This document shows, in pieces, positions 50,401-64,000 of a stretch of DNA of 64,000 nt; the first letter of the stretch is position 1; each line of letters opens with the position of its first letter. The notes below the pieces were generated by a model, which ran no database searches, was not told the DNA's origin, and was given only the letters and a program-made list of their open reading frames with translations. This stretch comes from Protoeuglena noctilucae (lineage: Eukaryota), in NCBI GenBank assembly GCA_958009085.1, contig OY253671.1, positions 434,001-498,000 of the forward strand, read 5' to 3'. A program made the position numbers and the translations under genes.

Positions 50401-53146
50401 GCCTGGTGAACACTGTGTTCTCCCAGACCGATGCCCACCACCTTCGGTATCGGTGCCAAAACCTCACTGTGTGCCCACCCCATCCCCCGCAGCTGAGCGT
50501 CCTCAAGACCCTGCTGCTGAGGTCCGTCGGGGAGGCGCCCATGTCAGACTGGGGCTCCCCGTGGGCCTCGGATGAGGCAGACGAGGAGGGAGGCGCGGGG
50601 CAGTGGGCGAACGACGCGGGTGCGGCACAAGCAGAGGCGGAAGCAGGGGGGCCCAAGCCCTCGCGATCCCCGCCCGGCGAGGCGCACCCGCACCCGCCTC
50701 CGTCGAGCGCCTCGGGGAGCCAGGCGGCCGCGCGGGGGAGCCTGGCAGAGTCGGCGCCCCCGGAGGGTGCGGGCCGGGGCACGACGGCCCCGCCCTCCCC
50801 GTCGCGCCTGCGCCGGGGGCGGTCCCAGGGGTCGCTGTTCCTGAGCAAGCCCGAGTTGGGGGAGGCGGCGGGGGGCTCGGTCGACGGCGGCGATGGTGCG
50901 GATGGGGGCGGTGGGGAGCCGGGGGCTGGGGAGGAAGGGTCGTGTGCGGACACAGTGGGAGGATCCGAGTCGGGAGTGGCGGAAGAGAGCGGGGGCCCGG
51001 AGGAGGCGAGTTGCTTGGCGGACGGGGGTCAGGATGGTCCCAGCCTGCCTGTACGTTTGACAACTACCCCTTGCTTGCATTGCCCCTCTGGCAAGGAGGG
51101 CCTGGGCGACCGCCGCGCGAATGAGATGCGCAAACGATGAGGTTGGTTGCATTTGTATTTCTTCTGTGATGAGTAATTCGAATCGATTCCTGTCCATCGC
51201 AGGTGGCCCGGCAAGTCCTGACGCGTCTGGCGGAGGGGACACCGGGAATGATGGCGGTGGTGGTCGCGCTGTGCTGCGAGCAGGCGTCGTCTCAGCGCGC
51301 GCGGCACTCGCAGGCCCTGCGGCAGCTGCAGGAGGGGCTGCTGGCGGAGCAGGAGGCCCACACGGCCATCGCCCTGAGGCTAGAGTCCATCACAGCGCGC
51401 AAGAAGGAGACCGAAGATCGACTGGCCAAGGAGACGGCGAGGGCGGCGGCGCTCCAGGCGCAGCTGGCAGGCGAGGAGCCGGGCGGGCGCGAGACGGGCT
51501 GGCAATGGCACGAGTGTGGCTATGATGAGAGGGACATGCAACACCCAGGCGCAGCGTCAATGGTCCCAGCCCCTCCCCCTGCCCCGCAGCTTCCCAGAAG
51601 GCTCACCAGCGCGACGTGGCGCGGGAGTCGGACCGCGCGGACCAGGCGGAGCGTCGGGCGGCGGCCGTGGAGCGCGAGAGAGAGGAGACGGTGTCGCGCC
51701 TGCAGTCGCAGCTGAGGGAGGCGACGACCTCTGCGGCCGAGCGCGACCGTCGGGCCAAGGCAGAGCAGCAGGGCGCCCGCGATGCCCAGAAGCGTCTGCA
51801 GAAGGACCTTAAGGCCTCAGAGGACCGCGTGCGGCAGGCGGAGGGCAAGGCACGCAAGGCGGAGGAAGAGGCCAAGCGGATGCGAGAGCGCAACGCTGAG
51901 GTGGGTGGATGGGCCTGGGCTTTCGAATGGAGTGGGGGTTGTCAAGGGTGCCGATGTCTAGGATGCGCGGGGGTGATGGCCGCATGGCAGTCCCAGCCTG
52001 GGGACGGGCACAGCGTGGTTCCGATCTGAGCCTTGGAGGGAGGTCAGTTGCCTTATCCTGATGTCGCAGCTGGAGGCCGCGCTGGCCAAGGAGCGTGCGG
52101 CACACGAGGCCGAGGTGTCGCGCGTGCGGGACGAGCTCAGCCGGGCGCTGCGGGAGCGGCAGGCGGCGGACGCCAAGTGCCGGGACTCAGTGGCGAGGGC
52201 CGAGGCGGCCGAGCGGAGCCGCGACGATGCGGAGAAGCGGGCGGCAGGGGCCGAGCGCCGTGCCGAGGCAGCGCTGTCGGAGGCGCGGCGTCTGGGTCCC
52301 CACGCGCAGCCGCCGGCGCCAGGCCCCGTCAGCGCCTGGGACCCCCGCGTGGCCCCATCCTTCGTCCCGAGCAAGGCCAACGCCGCCGCCGCTGCGGGGG
52401 CGCCATTGCTTGCGGGGCTGGGGACTGCAGGCGCAGGGGCAGGGGTGGGCCCTGCGTCCGCCCTGGCTTCCGGGACGCAGCGGCGGGCTTACGCGGACGG
52501 AGCGCCTGCCTCCAACTTCGCCCTGGCTGCGGGGCTGGCCTTCCCCTCGTCCCCAGCGCGCGGACCCTCGGCGACGGACCGTGCCGCCAGCGAAACGGAG
52601 TTCCTGACCAACGGCCCACCGCGTGTGTCCAGGCGAGGGGCGCTTAGGTGCCATGGCTCATGCGTCTGCCTCGCCCGCGGCTTCTTGGCTGACGCCAACC
52701 GCCTCGTGCCTGCCCGCAGTGCCCTGTCTGGTCGGATGGGATCGCTGCTCAGCTCCGCTGCGCCCTCGCCGTTCGCCGCCCCCTCCACGCCCACCAAGCC
52801 CCCGCCGCCCTCGTTCCCTTTCCCGAACGGGCAGGGCGCGCAGGCGGCTGTGCTCGCTTCCGTGGATGCGGACGGGGTGGGCATGGCGTCGTTCGGGAGC
52901 CTGTGGAGCCAGGGCTTCGGGTCTGACCTGGGGCTCGCCTTGCCCAACATGGACACCGGGGCGGGCCAGGACTCCAAGGCTGAGCCGACCGAGTTGGACA
53001 TGAGTCACATCCACCATGACGGGTTCAACATGCTGCCCCTCAGCCTGCTGGGCGCCGACACGGGCATCGCGGACGGGGGCTCGGGGGCGGGGCAGGCGGG
53101 GCGCGGCGTGGCGGGAGGACACCTGAGCGGGTGGTTCGGGACGTGA
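44491..53146 (+). CDS. Large protein with four tandem MATH/TRAF domains and a C-terminal coiled coil
   Basis: Repeated MATH signatures (CEWRVCN...WSKYFAVAGYDCRLLLYP...SHGWCDF; GKFVWRVRNFS...LGWNDF; GKLIWRIDNF...DWGWREF; CHWRVDNF) followed by helical and coiled-coil exons; one continuous + strand spliced model. Confidence 0.82.
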
Positions 53147-53359
53147 CGTGGTGTGCCGGGGGCGCACGCGTGAAGTGCCTGTGCCCTGGCATTGAGGCGT
53201 CACGGACTGTCGTTGAATCTGTCGCTCTGGGTTGAATGCCGATCGCGCCTTGCGCATGAGCGACGGGGTGCCGCGAGGCATGCGGCACGTCGAGCAAGAG
53301 TGGATCTAGAGCCGCGGGAAGCCCCAGAGACGGCAACGGTCCGGGAAACAGCAGAATGG

Positions 53360-56093
53360 TCATGCGAACGTGACGCTGGTCTTCTCGATCTCTCTCCGCC
53401 TGCGGTGCTCCGCCACCTTGCGGTCGACCACGGCCAGGAAGACGTCGGGCGTCAGCGTCGTGTCGTGGGACCCGTAGCACGCCGCCTGCACCGCCGCCAC
53501 CAGCTTGGCGATCTCGCGCGCAGACATGTCCTCCGTCTTGGCCGCCGCCGCGTCGAAGTGCTCCTCCGCCAGACCCTTCACTTGGATGCGGTCGGGGGAG
53601 AGCTTGCGGCCCCTGGCCAGGCTCCGCCAGAACCCGGCGTTGCGCTGCGCGTCCTCGTCCGTCTCGGGGCTCGTGATGTACTTGGAAACGTACAGCTTGA
53701 GGAGCTCCTTGCGCTCCCGAGGCCCCGGCAGCGGGAACTCGATCGCCTCGTCCATGCGGTCCAACACGGCCGCGTCCAAATCGGAAGGCCTGCGCAGAGG
53801 GCACGCAGCCGCTTTGAAATGGCAACATCCGCGGTATCTCCACCAGCTCCCCTGCGCTGTTCCGCAACCGCAGCGCTGCACGCGCTCACCGGTTGGTGGC
53901 GAGGACCACCACAAAGTCCCGGCTCTGGTCGCCCGTCCGGAAGAGCATGGCGTTGAGGGCCCCACGGAGCGCCTCGCTCTGGCCCTGGTGGCGGCGTCCC
54001 AGGAACGCGTCGGCCTCGTCGATGAAGAGCAGGAGCCCCCGGCGGCTCGTCTCCGCCCAGTCGAAGAGCTTGTGCAGCTGCGTGACGGCGGCGGGGCCCA
54101 GCGGGGCGACGTCGCCGCCCGACATGATCGCGTAGTCGAGGCCCGACGTGCGCGCCAGCTTCTTCGCGGCGAGCGTCTTGCCCGTGCCGGGCGGGCCGTA
54201 GAAGAGCATGTGGCGGAAGGGCGCGCCGTGCTGGCGGGTGTTGGCCGTGACGGCCGCCGTCTTGCGGACGTGGTCCTTCAGCCGCTCTTCCAAAATCACA
54301 TCGCGGAAACCCCTCTCTGCGAGCGGAGGCGGGCGCGTGCCTGTGAGTCCGAGCAGCCGCTGCTGGCGGGGCGAACGCCAGAGAGACCACCACCGGCCCG
54401 GCCATGTGGTGGGTCTGCTGAGCGTGCGCATAGGGACTCTCTGTGCCATGGCGGCGACTCACCCGTGTCCGTGACGAGCACCGAGCTCGTGTTGCCCCGA
54501 GCGGCCGACAGGAAGGCCAGCGGGCGCCGCCGCGAGGTCTCTCGCACGAGCGAGGGCTGCCCCAGGTACATTTCCGCCAGGCGCCCCGAGACGCGCACGC
54601 CCTCCCGAGTTACGAAGAAGAGCAGCGCAGCGCCCCTGGGAGCGAGAGGCCCAGGGCACGCGTCAGGCGTGGCATGCATGGGCGAGGTCGCAAGGCCGAT
54701 TCGCCCGGCCTCACGCTGCCACCGCTGGGGGGCCGGCATGGGCTCCAACAGTCACGAACGACGTCGGACTGTCCTTGCCCTGTCCTTGCGCGTCTTTGCA
54801 TTGCATCGCTCACCCAAATGCCGCCACACCCCGTGCGAGCCTCTGTGGGTCCCCCAGCAGGTTCTGCCCCCCCGAGCCCACCGTAGCCCCGAGCTCGCGG
54901 ATGCTCTCCACGACGAGCCGTCGCTGCTCGTTCAGCTTCAGCACCAGCTCGCGACGGTTCACGTCCTCGTTCTCACGCCGCTCCTTGATGCGCCCCTCCG
55001 CCTGCGGAACGAGGGCGCCGTGCGTTGACGAGCGCACCGCTCCCGCGTCTCGCGAAAGACATACAATGCACCGTGGTTACAGCAGAGCACCCGTGCATGC
55101 GCGGCCACACCTCCGCTGTCGCCTTCGCCCGTGCGATGTCTGCCTCCTTGTCCGCGCGAAACTTCTCCGATTTCCTCCGCTCGTCCTCAATCTGCTGGGC
55201 GATCCTGCAGGCGCGCAAGCACGCGTCAGTGCGACGGGCTTCTCGCTGCGCTTTGCGCCCGCCTGTCCAGGCGACAATCCCCGCCCCTCAAGTCACCTCA
55301 GCTTGTCCATCTCCATCTTGCGATTGGATTCCTCCTTCAGTCGCAGCAGCTCCATCTGCTGCTGCTTCTGCATCTCCAGGTTGTGCCGGTCCCGCTGCCG
55401 GTTCAGCTCGTCCTGGTACTTTGCCGTCTCCACGCGCTGCTGCGCCAGCTCCCGGTTGGTCAACCTGCGGAGCGGTAAGTGCGATGTCGTTAGCGTGAAG
55501 TGGGGCGGCAGCGGCGCGGCGGGGCGGCGTCGGAGCGCCGGCGCACCTTGTCTCCTCGGCCCGCACCCTCTCCAGCTCCACTTGCTTCGCAGCGGCTGCC
55601 GCGGTCGCCTTCGCCGCCTCGGCCGCAAGCTCCTGCTGCTTTGTCACCTCCTGCTGCTTTGTGAGATCCAAAACCTGCGCCACAGGCGGGGCACGAGCCT
55701 TGAGCGATGCGCAAGGGGGTGCAGGGCACGAACGCGGCGCGCCTTCCGCGATCGTCGAGATTCCCTTTACCAAGGCATTGAGATGACTATGACAGAAAGA
55801 TCGCGACCCTGTGCGGCTTCCCAGGCCCAGGACATCGGCGCGCTTCGAGGTGTTGCGGCGGCGTCCCGGATGCGGGCCACGCGCGGCGATGCGGTCACCT
55901 GCTTCGCGTGGGGGGACTTCTCGATATCCTTGAGAGCATTCGCGGCCCTCTCGTAAGCCTCAGCGTCGAAGAAGTCCTTGAACTTGGCCTTGGCGCCATC
56001 GTCGGCCCACGCCACCGTCGCGGTCGCCGCGAGGCACGTGCAGCCCGCCAGCAGGGCGGCCGAGCCCCTGGAGCGCGCCCATCTCCTCAACAT
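53360..56093 (-). CDS. ATAD3: Mitochondrial AAA ATPase ATAD3
   Basis: [76 protein letters not shown]. Confidence 0.93.
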
Positions 56094-56416
56094 AACACCG
56101 GGACGGACGAAGCTAGGGGCGCCACGACCGCGGCACGACGAACCCGGCTAGTGCCCACCCAGTTGCGGTGGGACGAACCCCGCCGTGACAGAGGCTTGTC
56201 CCTGTGGTACTCCTCTGTCGTGGCAATGCTGTGCCATCGGCGCTTGGGGTTGGATCCAACCAAAACCGGCTCTCTCGACACCAATTCTGACGGGCGCAGG
56301 CGGCAAATTTCGAGGTCACGCATGCGACCTCGTGCAGTTCGCGCATCTCGTTTCTCACAGTAAGACATAACGGCATCATTGGAGCACATCCGATAGGCCA
56401 AGCGATCGTACCAGCA

Positions 56417-57072
56417 ATGGCGGGGGTTGACGATGTGACGCCCCCCTCCGGCCCCCTTCGGCGGTCGGTGGCGGGTCTCTTCGCGCCGAGCGTGCCGTGG
56501 CTCATCCTCCCATCGTGCATTTGCTGGGCGCTCCTGCTGTGGCCCCTGGCCTACCACTCCCTTCAGCTCGTCGACCGAGACGTGGCCCTCATGCTCGCCA
56601 ACGCGGTCGACGGCCTCCGCGAGCTCCTGGGCAAGGCTTCGGAGGAAGGTGAAACGAGCTGGGGTAGTCAGCGGTGCGTTTGTCAACGAAGCCGCCCGCG
56701 CCAATGCGGTGCTGCTGGTCCCATGACACCCAGGCCCCGCGGCGGAGCATGGGGAAGGTCCTCCGGCGCCGGAAAAGGTCCCCGAGAAGCCGCAGCCTGA
56801 GAAGGAGCCTGGGAAGGAGCCGAGGGAGCCCGCGGGGGCGGCCCCGCCCGTCCTGGAGGGTGCGCGCGGCGTCACATCATGATGTGACGAGCAGCCACAG
56901 CGGGCGTTTCGATGCTCACGTTCGCGGCGCTTTGTGTCTCGCAGACGAGCACCCGGTGTCGATGACGATCGCCGAGCCCGACCCGGCGCAGCCGGAGGTT
57001 TCCAAGGAGGGAGCGGACAAGGGGACCGGCAGCGCGCGTGCGGAGGCCTCTCCCGCGCGGCCGGAGGACTAA
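56417..57072 (+). CDS. Hypothetical small membrane protein
   Basis: ATG-initiated frame with one hydrophobic segment (PWLILPSCICWALLLWPLAY) and two GT-AG introns leading to Pro/Glu-rich exons. Confidence 0.5.
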
Positions 57073-57217
57073 CGAGTCCACGAGTTCGACATTCATGAGC
57101 CTCGGTTGCTGCGGAGCTCGTACCCTCGACAGCGGCACGCGCTGGGAGCGCCTCAGTTGAAGATTGAAGCGGCGGGGAGCGCACGAAGCCACTAGGTAGG
57201 GCAGACCACCCCGTTTA

Positions 57218-60200
57218 TCAGGCAGGGAGAGCCGGCATGGCGTAGCGCTGGAAACCCCCAGGGGAGGCGCGCTCCATGACCCACGCCGAGGAGCCCCGCT
57301 CCTCTCCCGTCTGGGCCCTGCCGGCACCCATGATGCGCCGAACCACGCCTCCAAAGCCTGGTTGTCCGCCCGCGCTGTACGCGGGGTCCGCCATCGGGCC
57401 GAGGGTCCACGCAGGGCCGCTGGACCGAAACGCCGCGTCCTGTCGGACTGGCGCAGCCTGCGGGAAGGACAGCTACGTGCTCTCGGCTGCTTGTGGCGAG
57501 GACTGCCGCGGTGGCAGGTGTCTGCTCGATGCGGCCCACGCGCGCACTCGCCTTGGGCGGCCTGGGCAGGGGCGGCTTGCCGCGCATGGTGAAGCTCGGT
57601 CCCGAGGGCGCGGGTGCGGTCGACAGGTAGGACCCCGGGCGGTCCGCCGCGCCTGCGTCGGCCCTGCCGTCCCCCGCGCGCGACCCGAACGTGAACGCGG
57701 CCCCGGACGGCCCTCGCAACGAGGGGCTGTAGTCTGTTGGGCCGGGGCTGTCCCGGCCTTGCTTCTTTCCCTTGCAGGGCCGCTTGGCCTTTGGTCGGCC
57801 AGCCATCGTCCATGCAGGCGTGGACGGTCCCGCGACTGCAGCCACGCGACGCAGCAATGGCGGGTTCCCACACACAAGGGCGCTGGCGCTGATGCAGCCT
57901 GTGCAGGAAACACGACCGCGATGCGAGTGTGCGTCGGCCTCACCAGCTTCGTACTCGCCGGGCCCAGGGTGCTCTACGCTGGGATCTTTCGGCTTGATGC
58001 GACGGCCCATCGTGAACGCCGTGCCGCTCGGCCCAGCTGCCGCGCTGTGGTAGTCCCCCGGGCCAGGCAACGGGTCGCCCCTGCGCGTGTGAGGGACGGT
58101 CGAGTCAATCACCAAAAGAGCCCGGCACCACCGCTGCGCACCAACGCAGGGGACTGACACCAGCCCTGAAGCCGCCTCACCTTGCACCGTCAGCAGGGCG
58201 CCCCGCCATCGTGTGTGCCGGGCCTTCCGGCGTGTGTTGCGCAGGCTCATATGCACCTGGCCCAGGACCAACCCCCGTGACTGCGCCCACTGGGGCCCGG
58301 GCGCCCTTCCCGACGGTCCACGCCGGCCCCTCAGGTTTGGCCTCAGATGCGTACTGCCCGGGCCCCGGACCTGGGTCATCTCCTGGCTTGCCCCCCGAGG
58401 CTCGCGCTCCCATGGTGAAGGCACGCCCAGACGGCACTTCCGGCACCTGCGGGCGCTCGTGGCGGCGTTGGTTGCAGAAGCAGAGAACGGACACTATATC
58501 GGCAACCGCGTCCCAGGCACACAGTCAGCGTACCTGGTAACTCCCTGGCCCAGGGCTGTCGCCTTCGGGTCCGCGTTCTGGCAGACGCCCTGCCAGAGAG
58601 AAAGCGGGTCCAGCGCCGGGAGCGGACACGTGGTATGCGCCAGGGCCCACGTGAGGCATGGCCGCGGGAGCGGTGCCGACCTGGCTGGTCCGACCCTGCA
58701 TGCTGAACGCTGGGCCGGCCGGGAGGCCCTTCCCCGTGTCGTAATGACCCGGCGCGGGGAGGTCCGCACGAGGGTCGCTGTCCTTGGCACGCTCGCCCAT
58801 CGTCCACGCAGGGCCGCTGGCGACCTGCGGAGCCGCGTGGTAGTCTCCGGGGCCCGGGAGGTCAGGCCCTGGCCCCTTGCCCTCTGCCCGGGCGCCGATG
58901 GTGAAGCTGGGGCCGGTGGCTGTGGGCGTCACGACGTAGTGAGCAGGGCCCGGTCCTTCTGCGGCCGTCTCTGCGGCGGTGCGGGGCGCCTTGGGCAGCG
59001 AGAAGGCCGGGCCGCCCGGGCGGAAGACGTTGCCGAGATAGGACAGCGGCCTGTCCTCCAGAGCGGCCCCGTTGGTCTCTGAAAGGCGCCCCGCGATCGT
59101 GTAGGCCGGACCCGGCTGCGCAGACGGCGCTGCGACGGAAAGCGCGAGGAGGGCGTGGGCTGACGGCTGGGCGATGGGATGGGTTTCCTGCTGGGTCAAG
59201 CCTGGCAACGAGAGAGCCGCGTGGGTCCATGCAACCCAGGTGTCCTCATCATGCATGACCGAGTCACTCACTCTCGTAAGCGCCGGGCCCTGGCAGCCCG
59301 GGTCCCTCCGCGTCCGCCTTGGCCTGCGGCCGCGATCCCATCGTGAAAGCCACGCCGCGGTCGCGGGGAGCCACGTCGTACTCTGCGGGCCCTGGCATGT
59401 CCTCCCCTTGGACACCTCGGCTCGACGGCCGCCCGGGGATGGTGAACGCGGGCCCTCGGGACGGCAGATGGGCGTCATAGTCCCCAGGGCCAGGCGCTGC
59501 GTCCGTGGCCTTGCCGTCCGAGCCGAGGCGTTGACCTGCAGGACCCAGGTGCGCTTGCAGATCACAGCACGTTCGCTTCGGTCGCGCTTGCAGATGGCCA
59601 GAGGCAGGCGACCACCGCCACGGCTGCAACGACGGTGTCTTTGTGCCTCACCGATGGTGAATGCAGGCTGGCCCTGCCCGGCTCTCGTCGCTTGGTAGTG
59701 ATCCCCAGGGCCGGGCCCATCGCCCGCGGCACTGGGCTCCCACACCCGCGTCCCAATGGTGAAGCTGGGGCCGGTCGGCACACGTGCTGCGGCGAGCAGC
59801 AGTGACACATGCCATCAGAGAGAGCCAATGCAGCGGGGAGAGAACAAACGCCGCACCCGTCGCAGCACGTCTCACGCCCTGGCAGTCACCTTCGGGCGCG
59901 TAGGCCCCAGGGCCAGGACCCTCGGCCTCGGGCTCCCTCTCTGCTCGGCTGGACCTCGCCATGGTGTACGCGGGTCCCGCCGGGGCCCATTCGCTCGGCA
60001 GGTACGACAGAGGGGCTCGGGACGCCGGGGCTGCGCTCTCCCTCGGCCGGCTCCCCATCGTGAAGGCGGGCGTCGTGGCGACGACGTCCTTGTCGCGGTA
60101 TGCCCCAGGTCCGGGCGTGCCGTCCTTGCGGCCCTGCTCCGCCCTGCAAGCGAGGCGGCATGCGAGACAATCAAGCCGCGCACTGGCAACTGCTGGGCCA

Positions 60201-61436
60201 GCATCACACTCTTGCAAACGCCCCCGCCACCGCACCTGGCGCCTCGAGGCACGGTGAACGCGGGCCCTTCGGCCACGAACGTGATGTGCTGGTCCTGGCC
60301 CGGCCCTGCACCCTCAGCCTCCGCCTTCTCTTTCGGCCTTGCGCTTGCCCGCGCGAACGTGAACGCCGGGCCCTGCCCCGGGACCGTCGGGTCGTATCGC
60401 CCCGGGCCCAACGCCGACGTGCCCGGCTCAGGGTGGCTCGGGACCCGCTGGCCCGCGAACGTGAAGGCCGGCCCATCGCGCCACGTGGACCGGTCCACCT
60501 CGTACCAGCCCGGGTCCGGCACCGTCTCCCCATCACTCCGCACCCTCCCGGTGCCTGGCCTCTGCCCGATGGTGAACGCAGGCGCCCCCCTGCCGAACTT
60601 GTCGCCCACCCCTGGGTCAAAGTGCCCAGGGCCAGGGGTCGCGTCCGACTTGGCAGCTGCCCTGGGCCTCCCAGCCATCGTCCACGCCGGCGTCGTGGGA
60701 CCCAGGGGCGGATCGTAGTCCGCCGGTCCCACCGGGTTGTCGGGCTCCGGAGAGGATCTGGGGCGTCCGGCGATGGTCCACGCGGGAGTGTCGGCGGGGG
60801 TGCCATGCGGGTCGTAAGCCCCGGGCCCAGGGACATCGCTGCTTGTCGAGGCGTGGCGCCTTCTCGCAATGGTCCAGGCAGGCCCTGATGCCGCCGGAGG
60901 GCTGGGGTAGGTGCCCGGGCCCGGATGCGGGGTGGCCGCCGTGGCGCTCGCGGGCCTGGCAGCCATGGAGAAGGCTGGGCCGCTGGGCCAGAGGGGAGGG
61001 ATGACGTCGTAATGGCCCGGTCCTGGCGTGGGCTCCGTGCAGCACGACTCCTCCGAGGACGACGAGGCCCGCGCTGGCTGCGTGCACGAGGGCGGGGTGG
61101 GCGTAAACTGGAAGGATCAGATGTCACGTGGAAGCGGCATGAACTGGTAGCGATACAACCCGGTTCAAATCTCAGACCATGCTTGGGCACACAGTCTCCT
61201 TCTGTCGTTCCCCAGGCGTTCCATGCCTTTGCACGCACCCGAGTCGCTGTGAGACGCCTTCTCTCCGGGACCACCGGATGTCCATAGATATGATGAATGG
61301 CGAGCGGTGCGCTGGAGCTGCCGTCTGTCGAAGGATAGAGAGCCGCGAGGTACTCCTCAGGCGCTGCGCCGATTCCCGCGAGGTTGAGGCTGAAAGGGTG
61401 GCCGCGCTGCCACCCCTCTCCGCGTACTTTTGCCAT
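57218..61436 (-). CDS. SHIPPO/STPG (ODF3-like) PGP-repeat protein
   Basis: About 25 units of xPGPGxY...GPA(F/W)(T/S)(M/I)xGR spread over many exons. Confidence 0.88.
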
Positions 61437-61827
61437 GTCGCAACGCCGAACCCGTGACGCGGCTATGGGTCGCCCGGGGCGCTTGCCCAAGGGTACAGTG
61501 CACGCGGGGGAGCTCAAGAGGCAGCCAACGCAAAAGCAAGGTCACATCCTGGCGGTGTAGCGCCCAATCGCTCAGGCAACACCCTGCGACGCGCAAGCAC
61601 GAGCTCCGCGTTCAAATGAGGGCTGAAAACAGATGGCTGCGTCGTGGCGCCGGAAGAAGCAGCCGGGAGGTCCGGAGAGACAGATGACCTCTTCAATCAT
61701 GAGAGAACTCAACGCTGGCTGGGGCGTTGGAAGAAAGGAAGCATCGCGCCGCTGGCACCGCCAGTGAAGATGCTCTGCGCGATAGATACTGAGATAGAAA
61801 CGCAGGGACACTACCACCACGAGCAAA

Positions 61828-63364
61828 TCATGACCTGCTGCGTGACGCCATGGATAAAACTCGGAGCTTCTCTGCCTCCTTTTCCAGGCCCTCCAGTGTC
61901 GTCCGCACAAGAGTCTCTCTTTCCCGGGTTTTCTGAGGGAAAGAAAGGCAAACGGGTAACGCAACGCCCTGCAGCGCGACTACATGCGTGATGGGCGCTT
62001 GCAGGCGGCGCGGGCCCTTGGCTCACCGCAGCCAGGACGCCCAACCGCTCAGCCTCTTGCTGCTGCGATGCGATTCGCTGCTGCACTTGGCACAGATACG
62101 CCTTGGCCTCCTCGACGCGCTGTGCGGCGTCGCGTTCCTCCCCACGCAGCTCCTCTGCCACGCTCTCGGCCCGCGTGGCCTGCAGGTCCAAGGCCGTCGC
62201 CTGCGGGGGAGAGGAAGACCACCTGTTGCAGATGCGGCGACGATGAGACTCCCAGACTGCGGAACTGTCAGGGCGCCAGCCCTTCCCAACCCGGCACCTC
62301 CTGGGCACAGTCCTCAGCCTCGTTCCACAGGACCCGGCAGCGGACGAGCAGCATGTCCAGCTGCCTCTTGTAGTCGTCGGTGTCGTCATTCTCCGAACCG
62401 CCTCCCCGCCCGGGACCTGCCACGGGCACCGGCACCCCGCTTGGCGGCCCGTCCCAGGACGCCAGGGCCGGGTCGTCCCCGCGACTGCGCAGCTTGTCCT
62501 TGCGGGCCGCGTAGCCCTGGATGAGCTGCTGGAGCGCGATGTTGGCCGCGCGGGACTTGATGGGCATACGACAGAAGGGGCAGAGTCCCTTGCCGTGCGT
62601 TACCATGTGGTGGTCGAGGCACTGCGGCGGCGCCCGTTGCGCGTGGCTGTTGGCGCTGGCCCGGACGCTTGACACGCCGCGCCTCGCTGCTGTTGCGTTG
62701 CGCCACCTCACCTCGCTGCAGAAGGAATGGCCGCACGGGAACAGCAGGACGGGGCCGTGCTGGGGTGGCACCATAAGCTCGTAGCAGATGGGGCACGTAT
62801 GGGACTCGAGCTCCTTGACGAGGTGACCCTCCAACACGGCGCCCTCTCGCGCCTGCGGGAGGTGTCGCTGAGGTGGAATGGGCACTACAGTCGGTCCGGG
62901 CGACGTCCCCAGTGCCGGCCCTGCCCAGTGCCCACCTCGATCAGCTGCCGCGCCAGCATGCTGGCCCTCTGCTCCTTCTCCACCTCCGCACGCAGCTCCT
63001 CACGAAGCCGGTCGGCCAGGCGCTCGGTCAAACGCGTCAGGTAGGCCTCCGAGTCGATGCCCGGGCCTGCAGCAGCGTGGCTTGCCGCTGGCTCCGAGTG
63101 GTCGCGAGGCATCGGGGTACCCGGCTCGTCTCTGACGGATGCGCCGCGCCCATCGAACCGCGACTCCCGCGCGAGCTCGTTCGCGACCATCTCGTGCTGG
63201 AGGGCCGCGTCACGCTCGCGGAACCACTGCGCCTTCATCGCCTGCGTCGCCTTCCTGCGCCGGGCAGCCTCCGCCTGCACTTCGCCTGCAACATCGCGGC
63301 CCGACGAGCTCGCTTCCGCGGAGAGGGACTCCCGGGTGGCAAAGAACTCGCGCTGGTGGAACAT
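61828..63364 (-). CDS. RING-HC (C3HC4) finger protein with coiled coils, putative E3 ligase
   Basis: CPICYELM...LLFPCGHSFCSE|CLDHH...CPFCR; additional 5' exon(s) may lie upstream of 63364. Confidence 0.8.
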
Positions 63365-64000
63365 CCAGGAGAGAGGCAATGTGCCACAGCCGGCATGCGA
63401 CGCTGTGTCTCGTGTCTTCTGCCGCAGGCTTAGGATGCCGCAGAGGGCTTAGAGAACCCGGAGTGCCTCGCGCACTTGTCAGAACACGCGAGGTGTCAAG
63501 TCAGCGAGTTGTAGCTCCGCACGGGCCTTGCTCGGCATCAGTGCGCCTTCCCACATTACTCCTCCTCGCGCTGCCGTAGCAAAGTGGAACTGATAGTGCG
63601 GTGCTAGGGGGACCAAGGCGCTCGGGGAATGGAGTTGGATGTGGAACGGGCCCTCATGGAGGGCCCGGAGTATGTCCAAAAGCTAAAAGACCGCGCCAAC
63701 GCCAGCCTGCCCGGTGAGGACGCATGAGCGATCGAGGCCGTCATCGGAAGGCAGCCGCGGCAGCATTTCCCTCGCTGTGAAAGTACGGCTTTTAAATGTG
63801 CAAATAAGGACTGTTGGGGCCCTTGAGTACCCTCATGGTGATGTTCTCTCGCCAGGTCTCCGCCTTTTTGCGAGGAATGACAAAGTGCCCCCATGCAACG
63901 TGATCTTCTCACAGCTGGGCCCCCTTTGTGTCGAGAAAAGGATCATAGTCACCGCGTGACTCCTTCCTGCCCCGCTTTCCCGATGACGAGCGCAGGTCGC

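Noticed and set aside
57700..61030. Regularly spaced DNA repeats resembling a CRISPR-like array
   Set aside because: They vary at synonymous positions and encode PGPGxY protein repeats.

Overview
GC-rich, gene-dense eukaryotic nuclear DNA with many short spliceosomal introns. It is most likely from a flagellate green alga, inferred from plastid genes (SEX4-like, FtsHi-like, ABCI12-like, EngB-like) and cilium-associated genes (TEX9-like, SHIPPO-repeat). About 23 multi-exon protein genes can be assembled by eye from 1.3 kb to the end; most long ORFs in the supplied track are GC-driven shadow frames. The most unusual part is the first ~1.2 kb, a non-coding, heavily base-paired + strand sequence. 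It carries cUUCGg, gCUUGc and GNRA tetraloops and has group I intron-like P1, P3, P4-P6, P7 and P8 elements in the correct order, yet has no rDNA flanks. Its 5' flank is a diverged inverted copy of the intergenic region at ~7.7-7.8 kb, and it sits tail-to-tail with a degenerate JmjC/zf-C5HC2-like gene. The window also shows at least ten GC-AG introns, a head-to-head FCF1/UTP6 pair and candidate bicistronic gene pairs. All gene models and RNA structures were derived manually, so some starts and exon borders are approximate.
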